Assembly: GCA_048938855.1 (NCBI GenBank)
Contig: JBHLLT010000001.1
Span: 1-64,000, forward strand
Length of the DNA stretch: 64,000 bases
Origin: Promethearchaeota archaeon
Lineage (GTDB): Archaea > Asgardarchaeota > Lokiarchaeia > Sigyniarchaeales > SOKP01
Reading direction: 5' to 3'
Each line of letters starts with the position of its first letter. Positions within the stretch are counted from its first letter, which is position 1. The notes under the pieces were generated by a model. It ran no database searches. It was not told the DNA's origin and saw nothing but the letters and a program-made list of their open reading frames with translations. This document shows positions 57,216 to 64,000 of this stretch, piece by piece. A program made the translations under genes and the position numbers.

Positions 57216-58517
57216 ATTACTGAAACTGAAATTACTGAGGAAAAAATAGTTCAATATCTTATAGATAAGAGTAAGAGTAAATTTGGGTTATTTTCTATTA
57301 ATTACATTTTAATAAACTGCAAAATTAAAGAGTTATTAGAATTTATTGCTGATTATGGTATATCTCCTCCTGAAAAACCATTTGTGAGTAGACTCGAATA
57401 TATAAAACTTATTTTAGCGCATCTAACTAACATTTATAACTCAACTGATTGGCAAAAAAGATTTGATAATCCTTTGGAATACTGTGGATATGCTGTAATC
57501 AATTCAAAAAGATTCAAAAAATATTTATACAACTTAGATTTTATTGCAAAGCAAGATTTAATTGAGACTTTTGCAGATCATTGTGCAGATCTAGAGATAA
57601 CAGTCCATAATACAACTTATGATTCAATAACACCTGAGATGGACATGTATTTAACTATCAAAAAGTCAAAAGTTAAGACCGCAGCTGTTTTTGTAATGAA
57701 TGGTGTCAATGTTAATGATGAATCTTATGCAGAAACAAAAAAATCTATAAAACAAGCAACTAAAGTTGCAAGTTGGAATATTTTTGTAACAACTCCTATT
57801 GGTGTTCTTAAATTAGGCTTAAAAAATTTAATTCTTGACATGAATAATTTAAACTGTTGGCTATATGTAGTTGATCCCTCACGGAAAATTGTTTTTGGTA
57901 TAAATAAGGGAAGAAAGAATGATAAATTTGATGTTGAAACACGTAATAATTTCATTAAAAAACTTCCTAAAGAACCAATGAGAGCACCTTCACAAGTTAT
58001 AAAATTATCTGACTATTCGTTTGATGAACAGAACTCGTTTGAATCATATAATTTTAGATTATTTGATATCTATAACGACATAGAACATAATAAATTAATG
58101 TTAAAGGAAGCAGATCAACCAAAATATTCAGAGATATTCAGAGATTTGATCATTATGGAAAAATCCAGTGGAACCCCACTAGTTAACTATTCAAGTGAGA
58201 ACTTCAAGGAACAAGCACTAGTATCAGGGTTTCTTACTGCTATGGACTCTTTCGTAACTCAAATTGGGGGCTCAAAAATGGAAGAAATTAATTATAAAGG
58301 TTTGTATGTACAAGCATCTTATGGTGAATCTATTGAAATCGTATGTTTTTTATTCAAGCCGTCAGATTCAAGCTTTAAAGAGCGGCTTAATTACCTTACT
58401 ACTCTTTTTGAAACACTTTATGAAGAACAAATTGAAGAGTTCAAAAGAACGGGTAATATAAATCTATTTGACGAAGATGAGATTCTTTCTATTATGAAAG
58501 ATATCCTTGATATTTGA
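57216..58517 (+). CDS. Hypothetical protein with a C-terminal longin-like domain; probable ATT start at 57216
   Basis: Frame is open from 57198; ATT 57216 follows GGTGGA and adds 56 protein-like codons to the track ORF. C-terminus FRDLIIMEKSSGTPLVNY...LVSGFLTAMDSFVTQI is longin-like. Confidence 0.7.
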   Translation: MTETEITEEKIVQYLIDKSKSKFGLFSINYILINCKIKELLEFIADYGISPPEKPFVSRLEYIKLILAHLTNIYNSTDWQKRFDNPLEYCGYAVINSKRFKKYLYNLDFIAKQDLIETFADHCADLEITVHNTTYDSITPEMDMYLTIKKSKVKTAAVFVMNGVNVNDESYAETKKSIKQATKVASWNIFVTTPIGVLKLGLKNLILDMNNLNCWLYVVDPSRKIVFGINKGRKNDKFDVETRNNFIKKLPKEPMRAPSQVIKLSDYSFDEQNSFESYNFRLFDIYNDIEHNKLMLKEADQPKYSEIFRDLIIMEKSSGTPLVNYSSENFKEQALVSGFLTAMDSFVTQIGGSKMEEINYKGLYVQASYGESIEIVCFLFKPSDSSFKERLNYLTTLFETLYEEQIEEFKRTGNINLFDEDEILSIMKDILDI

Positions 58518-58596
58518 TAGAAGATTTATTAAAGCAGCAATATCAAAATACCAAAAATTCATTGAAATACTTTAATAAAATCCCTCAATAAAATGT

Positions 58597-59511
58597 TTAC
58601 ATACGAGTTAAGTTTCTTCTAGGTAAATTCTGTATTTTGGGGTTATTTATTAACAAATCTAACACTTTAATTATATTCTCTTTATCAGTTTTTATGTTTT
58701 CTGTTTCTATATCAATATAGTTACTCATGTGATCATTAAACATTTGAGATGTAACATTTTCAGTTAAATTTGCTATAATTTCTCTCTCTTCTATTAAATT
58801 TTCAACAGGAGTTAATAACTCAAAATCTCCACTTTTCCATTCGTCCCATAATTCCGAAAAAGGAACGATATTCAATGTTCTAAATCTAAATATCGTAGGA
58901 TTAATCTCAGACAATACTCTTGCTGTTTCTTTTACATGTTCTTCTGAATGTTTTTTTCCTCCTAGACCTAAAATTACATACAAGCTCAATTTAATTCCAG
59001 CATTTAATACTTTTTTTCCTGCCCTAATCATCGATTCAGCATTAGTTCCTTTCCTCATTAATCTTAAAATCTTGCTACTCCCACTTTCTAATCCCATATA
59101 GACAATGTCTAGTCCTACATTTGCCAATTTTTTTAATTCTTCGTCTGATTTTCTTAAGATATCTAATGCTTTCGCATAACAACTTACTCTTGGAACAGCT
59201 TTTAATTTAAATCGAACATATTTTATTATATCTACTAAATAATCTGTTGGAGCTGATGTAGGATTACCCCCTGCTAAGAACACAGGAAATCCATGATAAT
59301 TATTCTCTGCATAATAATCAACATCTCTTTTAACATCTTCTAAAGGTCTAATTTCATAATCTTGCTCAATACCATACATACCTTTGTAGGTTCCACAGAA
59401 CCTACATCGATTCCATGAGCAACCTCCTGTAACTGGAATTAAGACAGACATAGAAGCCCCTTCTACAGGAGGTCTTATTACTATTTGACTAGGGGGCACT
59501 TTTGGTAACAT
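58597..59511 (-). CDS. Radical SAM protein
   Basis: CSWNRCRFC, YMGLESG, ILGLGG, NDHMSNY. Confidence 0.92.
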   Translation of the reverse strand: MLPKVPPSQIVIRPPVEGASMSVLIPVTGGCSWNRCRFCGTYKGMYGIEQDYEIRPLEDVKRDVDYYAENNYHGFPVFLAGGNPTSAPTDYLVDIIKYVRFKLKAVPRVSCYAKALDILRKSDEELKKLANVGLDIVYMGLESGSSKILRLMRKGTNAESMIRAGKKVLNAGIKLSLYVILGLGGKKHSEEHVKETARVLSEINPTIFRFRTLNIVPFSELWDEWKSGDFELLTPVENLIEEREIIANLTENVTSQMFNDHMSNYIDIETENIKTDKENIIKVLDLLINNPKIQNLPRRNLTRM

Positions 59512-59741
59512 CAGAGTAAATAGGAAAATTATATTTGTTTAATATTATTAATCTTTATACACTTTATTTGAATCAACATAGTTTTTTAGATATTACTATT
59601 ATAAATATTAATAACGCTTCACGGAAACTATTTAAGGTGCTAATTATTCAATTTATTAACATTAGAGAATATAAAATTCCAATTAAAAAACCTTAAAATT
59701 CTTTAAGATATTTCTATTATCATTCGAAGATCCATTAAAAA

Positions 59742-60338
59742 ATGAGTTATAATCAAAAAGATATATTATTTAGCTTTAAGATTGTGATATGCGGAGCCAG
59801 TTCAGTTGGTAAGACATCTCTTTTTAATCGGTATTGCTTTAACTCATTTAGTTTTGATAGTTCTCCAACAATTGGGATAAATTTTCATTCTGTTTATTTG
59901 AAAATCAATTTTACAAAAGAAATAAATCCACAGAATGAAAATTATGTAGTAAATTCTATTTTTGATTTTGGAGGGCAAGAAAGGTTTGCTCCATTAATCC
60001 CCAAATTTATAGAAGGCGCAAACGGAGCTTTATTAGTATTTGATTCTACAAGTTATCCTTCTTTTGAACAATTAGATTTTTGGTTTGAAAATATTATTAA
60101 AAATGCGATAGACTCAAAAATTCCAATAGTGTTAGTCGCTAATAAAAGTGACTTAATAGAGAAAACCCCAGAATCAGAAATAATTAAAGATAAACTGATT
60201 TTTGATTATTTAGAAAAAAGAAATTTAGATGGATTTGCACGAACTTCAGCATTAGAAAATTACAATGTTTTAGAAGTATTTAAAGAATTAAATAATAAAA
60301 TGTTGAAAAAAGAACATATCCCATTTGTTGTAGCTTAA
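59742..60338 (+). CDS. Rab-like small GTPase
   Basis: GASSVGKTS, PTIG, FDFGGQERF, NKSD, TSAL. Confidence 0.93.
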   Translation: MSYNQKDILFSFKIVICGASSVGKTSLFNRYCFNSFSFDSSPTIGINFHSVYLKINFTKEINPQNENYVVNSIFDFGGQERFAPLIPKFIEGANGALLVFDSTSYPSFEQLDFWFENIIKNAIDSKIPIVLVANKSDLIEKTPESEIIKDKLIFDYLEKRNLDGFARTSALENYNVLEVFKELNNKMLKKEHIPFVVA

Positions 60339-61408
60339 AATTCTCTCATATAGACAAAATCTGAGAAAATGTTAAAAAAAACTTTCTGTGCCTTATTTAA
60401 ATCAGGATAAATGTCTCTTAAATAGTTTCGAGCTTGTTCTGTTAAGTTTTTGGCTAAATGTTCAGCAATTCGTAAAGTATTCGTATCAGTAAATATCTTT
60501 ACTACTGTATCGACGTCATTATTAGATAGTTTTGGTTTGTTATAAATCTCTGAAATTATTCTTGATTCATCAGGACCAGCATTTTGGATACATAAAATAT
60601 ATGGTAATTTCTTTTGTTTATTTTTAATATCGTTTTTTAAGTCAATAATATCATCCCGAATTGCGTGAGCTTGTCCAATCCGTAACATGGCTTCACTTAA
60701 GGGATTGATTTGATAATGAAGATTTCCTTTAGCCAAAATAGCTCCAATCTTAGTAGATTTTTCAAATATTCTTGCTTTTTGAGATTCTGCTATATTCAAA
60801 TACTGCTCTAATGTCATAGTAATATTATTATAATTCATGTATTCTTCTACTAGTTGCCCTTTCATTAAGTAATCCATTGCTTCTGTGTATTCATTAATTG
60901 CAAATAATTTCAAATTATCTGGGAATTTTGATGATTTTAATATGTTTAATCCTAAAAGATACCCTTGTGTACCACCTAATATTGACATATCTCTACCATA
61001 TAGTCTTATTAATTCATCTTTATTCGGGAGTTCTAAATCCTTATATACTTGATTCATTTCATTTTTTAATTGGACGTGAAATGTAGGTTTCCCTCTTCTT
61101 GTTGTATCGTTATCTAGAAGATCATCATGTATTAAGTGCCCGCTATGTAATAATTCAACGGATATGGAAACTTCATATATTTGTTCTTTTTGATCTTCTA
61201 AATACATAGGATTTACAATTCCCGTAAAAGCGGCAATTAATAATATAGGATGGATTCTTTTTGCTTTTTCATTGAGAATAAATTCTTCTAACTGGTTGAT
61301 AAAATCATTTAGAAGAATATCTTTTTCTTTCTTGTGTAGATTAGCAAAATAGGTTTCCAGTTGCTCATCTACCATCATTTTTTCGGTTTTAAAGAATTCA
61401 TCAATCAT
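60335..61408 (-). CDS. Polyprenyl (GGPP) synthase
   Basis: KRIHP, ELLHSGHLIHDDLLD..TTRRGKPT, GQ, RDDIID. Confidence 0.9.
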   Translation of the reverse strand: MIDEFFKTEKMMVDEQLETYFANLHKKEKDILLNDFINQLEEFILNEKAKRIHPILLIAAFTGIVNPMYLEDQKEQIYEVSISVELLHSGHLIHDDLLDNDTTRRGKPTFHVQLKNEMNQVYKDLELPNKDELIRLYGRDMSILGGTQGYLLGLNILKSSKFPDNLKLFAINEYTEAMDYLMKGQLVEEYMNYNNITMTLEQYLNIAESQKARIFEKSTKIGAILAKGNLHYQINPLSEAMLRIGQAHAIRDDIIDLKNDIKNKQKKLPYILCIQNAGPDESRIISEIYNKPKLSNNDVDTVVKIFTDTNTLRIAEHLAKNLTEQARNYLRDIYPDLNKAQKVFFNIFSDFVYMREF

Positions 61409-61528
61409 GATAAAAATGCAAATTGCTATACTTTGGCTAATGCAATAATATTAATATAAAACATTTAATAATTTAATTTTATTATATATTAAATTTATAC
61501 ATATAATTTAATAAGGAGAGTCTTAAAA

Positions 61529-62041
61529 ATGAAAATAGCGGTAATTTCTGATTCCCATGACCATAAAAATAATATTTTGAAAGCTGTTTCTATTATTAAT
61601 GAAAGAAAAGTTGATGCACTTATCCACTGTGGAGATTATATTGCGCCATTTGTAAGAAAATGGTTTAATAATTTAAATGATTCTATAAAAAATAACTTTT
61701 ATGGGGTGTTTGGGAACAATGATGGTGAAGTATTATTTCTTAAAAAAAATTTAGGTCAAATTTGTGAATTCCCTCAAAATGCTAAAGAACTAATTTTAGA
61801 GTTAGGTGGTAAGAGAATTTTTGTATCACACATGCCCTCAGAAAAAACTATAGAAGCTTTAGGGAAATCTGGTGATTTCGACATAATTTTAACAGGGCAC
61901 ACGCATTTTCTTTCAAATAAAAAGCTAGATAATGATACTTTAGTAATTAACCCAGGTGAACTTTGTGGATATTTAACAGATAAAGCTACATTTGCTATTA
62001 TTGATACAGAAAAAATGGAATCTGAGATAATTGAATTATAG
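61529..62041 (+). CDS. YfcE/MJ0936-family metallophosphoesterase
   Basis: ISDSHD, HCGD, GNND, SH, GHTH, NPGE. Confidence 0.92.
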   Translation: MKIAVISDSHDHKNNILKAVSIINERKVDALIHCGDYIAPFVRKWFNNLNDSIKNNFYGVFGNNDGEVLFLKKNLGQICEFPQNAKELILELGGKRIFVSHMPSEKTIEALGKSGDFDIILTGHTHFLSNKKLDNDTLVINPGELCGYLTDKATFAIIDTEKMESEIIEL

Positions 62042-62143
62042 AATACCATTTTTTTTTCTTTTTGAATAATTAAGTATAAATAGAACCTTTATGATTTCAG
62101 GCTTATTACTTATACTTTTATGTTATCTTTTTTTTTAAATATT

Positions 62144-63358
62144 ATGTCATTACCTTTAGAAGGGAAAATTATATTAGATCTTACGAGAATGTTACCTGGC
62201 CCTTTTTGTTCCATGATTCTCTCTGATCTTGGTGCTGATGTTATAAAAGTAGAAGATCCTCGTTATTTTTACGGTCAACCTCCACCATTCTTTCAAAAGG
62301 GAAGATACCGTGAGAGTGCTTTCAATTCAATCCTTAATAGAAATAAAAGGTCAATTACACTTAATCTAAAAAAAGAAAAAGCTCTTTCAATTTTTTATGA
62401 ATTGGTAAAAAAAGCAGATGTGGTTCTTGAGTCGTTTCGACCAAAAATTACAAAAAAATTAAAAATTGACTATAATACCTTAGCGACAATAAATCCATCA
62501 ATCATCTGTTGTTCCTTAACAGGTTATGGGCAAACCGGTCCATATGAACAAATTGCGGGTCATGATCTTAATTACATTGGAATATGTGGTATTTTAGATT
62601 TAAACAGAGAGAGAAAGCTATATAATAAAGAATTTCAAGAAAGAAAGCCAATTAATCCGGGAGCCCAATTTGCGGATATTGGAGGAGGATTAGTATCTGC
62701 TATCGGAATTTTGGGAGCTATAATTGAGAGGGATAAAAATCTTGAAAAAAAGGGACAATTCATAGATATCTCAATGACAGATTCTGTTTTTTCATTTATG
62801 CCACTTGTAGCAGCATATCATTTTTCTAGAGGATTAAATGATGGAGTAGAAACAGAAAATCCTTTGCATGGAGATTTTCCTTTTTATAATGTCTATAAAA
62901 CTAAAGATAATAAATTTTTATCTGTTGGAATTGTTGAAATTAAGTTTTGGCGACTTTTATGTGAAACATTAGGACGGGATGATTTAATTTCAAAACAATT
63001 TGCCCAAGGAGAAGAAAGAGAAAATGTCTTCGTTGAGCTACAAAAGGAATTTTCGAAAAAATCACAAAAAGAGTGGATGGATATCTTTAAACCTCTAGAT
63101 GTATGTATCATGCCAGTAAAATCTTTTGCTGAAGCAAGTGAAGACCCGCAGATTAAAGCACGAAATATGGTTATTGAAATGAATCATCCAAAATTTGGAA
63201 AGATTAAAAATATTGCTTCACCTATAAAATACTCACGTACACCATTAAAGATAAGATCGCTTGCTCCTAAACTTGGTCAAAATACAAAGATGATTCTAAA
63301 AAATTTAGGTTATTCAGATGAAGCTATTCGAGATTTTAGAAAAAAAGGGGTAATTTAA
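62144..63358 (+). CDS. CaiB/BaiF family III CoA-transferase
   Basis: LDLTRMLPGPFC, DLGADVIKVE, NRNKRS, GYGQTGP, GHDLNY; MSLPLEG (ATG 62144) is the likelier start. Confidence 0.93.
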   Translation: MSLPLEGKIILDLTRMLPGPFCSMILSDLGADVIKVEDPRYFYGQPPPFFQKGRYRESAFNSILNRNKRSITLNLKKEKALSIFYELVKKADVVLESFRPKITKKLKIDYNTLATINPSIICCSLTGYGQTGPYEQIAGHDLNYIGICGILDLNRERKLYNKEFQERKPINPGAQFADIGGGLVSAIGILGAIIERDKNLEKKGQFIDISMTDSVFSFMPLVAAYHFSRGLNDGVETENPLHGDFPFYNVYKTKDNKFLSVGIVEIKFWRLLCETLGRDDLISKQFAQGEERENVFVELQKEFSKKSQKEWMDIFKPLDVCIMPVKSFAEASEDPQIKARNMVIEMNHPKFGKIKNIASPIKYSRTPLKIRSLAPKLGQNTKMILKNLGYSDEAIRDFRKKGVI

Positions 63359-63365
63359 GGATATT

Positions 63366-63734
63366 TTATAGTATCTCTAAAATTAGGATAAGTAGTGCAA
63401 ATATAAGAGATATAAATGTAAAAACTAATAGTATAATAAACATCGGCCAATCTTTTAACTGTCCGTAGAAGCCTGCTGCGTTTATTGTGGAGTAAATAGC
63501 CATCCCAATAGCAATAAAAAATACAGCTATCCCCCAGAATTGATTGAATAATAATCCTACCCCTCCAATTATAAGCATTATGGATGTGAGAAATTCAGCA
63601 ATTAAATGAAAAAATATCTGTGTCGGCTTTGTATTTAATTCAGGTACTTCCTTCTTTAATAATAACATTAACCACATGCATAACATTGCAATTCCTATTA
63701 TTATAATATAAATGGAAGCGATTAATTCGATAAT
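63366..63734 (-). CDS. Small 4-TM membrane protein; probable ATT start at 63734
   Basis: The frame extends 16 hydrophobic codons upstream of track ATG 63686 (IIELIASIYIIIIGIA), completing TM1; ATT follows GGTGGA. Confidence 0.65.
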   Translation of the reverse strand: MIELIASIYIIIIGIAMLCMWLMLLLKKEVPELNTKPTQIFFHLIAEFLTSIMLIIGGVGLLFNQFWGIAVFFIAIGMAIYSTINAAGFYGQLKDWPMFIILLVFTFISLIFALLILILEIL

Positions 63735-63847
63735 CTTTTTCCACCTGCTTATTTTTATTTAAACCAGATTGATTAATCAATTTATTTACTTAAATTATCT
63801 TTAAACTGTATTGATTAAATAATTATCCAATAATAATCGGTTATTTT

Positions 63848-64000
63848 TTATTTATTGTCATTAAATGTAAATAGAACTTTGATAGCATGAGATTTAGATT
63901 TATCCGCTAATACATCAAATGCTGTTTTGTATTCTTTAAGTGGAAATTTATGTGAAATTAATGCAGATGGATTAATTCGATTTGATTTTAAAAATTCCAT
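63848..64000 (-). CDS. C-terminal fragment of a zinc-binding (MDR-family) dehydrogenase; gene enters from beyond the window
   Basis: ...INPSALISHKFPLKEYKTAFDVLADKSKSHAIKVLFTFNDNK*, a typical MDR C-terminus. Confidence 0.7.
   Translation of the reverse strand: MEFLKSNRINPSALISHKFPLKEYKTAFDVLADKSKSHAIKVLFTFNDNK

Noticed and set aside
59742-61408. Rab plus GGPP synthase as a protein-prenylation module
   Set aside because: The genes are convergent, the GTPase has no C-terminal Cys (ends HIPFVVA), and GGPP synthase is explained by archaeal lipid synthesis.
61529-62041. Vps29 retromer subunit
   Set aside because: All catalytic metallophosphoesterase motifs are intact, as in the widespread YfcE/MJ0936 family; no Vps26 or Vps35 neighbours.
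3186-63111. Many 60-150 aa track ORFs lying inside longer genes (e.g. 3186, 4248, 12220, 17993, 30157, 37177, 42103, 51906)
   Set aside because: Antisense or out-of-frame shadows with S/I/F/L-biased composition and no motifs.
1-64000. tRNA, rRNA, CRISPR arrays, IS elements, prophage
   Set aside because: No GC-rich structured islands, spaced repeat arrays, transposases or integrases seen by eye; tRNAscan-SE and Infernal would be needed to exclude small RNAs.

Overview
AT-rich (roughly 28-30% GC by eye), gene-dense archaeal chromosomal segment. Gene content strongly suggests an Asgard archaeon, most likely Lokiarchaeia (inference): a true actin-family protein, two Rab/Ras-like small GTPases, a roadblock/LC7 protein, three longin-like domains, a ubiquitin-like protein and an LRR protein sit among archaeal housekeeping genes (Lsm-rpl37e, SepF, EndA-like, PINA ATPase, SFII helicase, DRG GTPase, purH, guaB, folD, nadA, GGPP synthase). 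I saw no rRNA, tRNA, CRISPR array or mobile element. Reading outside the ORF track gave: (i) a missed ubiquitin-like gene (15281-15535, ending ...QAGG-I); (ii) four genes whose coding frames appear to begin at ATT behind Shine-Dalgarno-like motifs; (iii) two small missed genes (33484-33639, 34907-35068) and partial genes at both window ends; (iv) a duplicated 31-bp operator-like site between an ABC exporter and tandem GbsR/MarR regulators. The most unusual proteins are a 2TM CorA-like/Nudix fusion opposite nadA, an actin with a four-CxxC zinc-ribbon insertion, an LRR protein ending in a canonical PIP box, a SIRT6/7-like sirtuin, and motif-degenerate EndA and DRG homologues. All family assignments come from motif recognition by eye; no database search was run.
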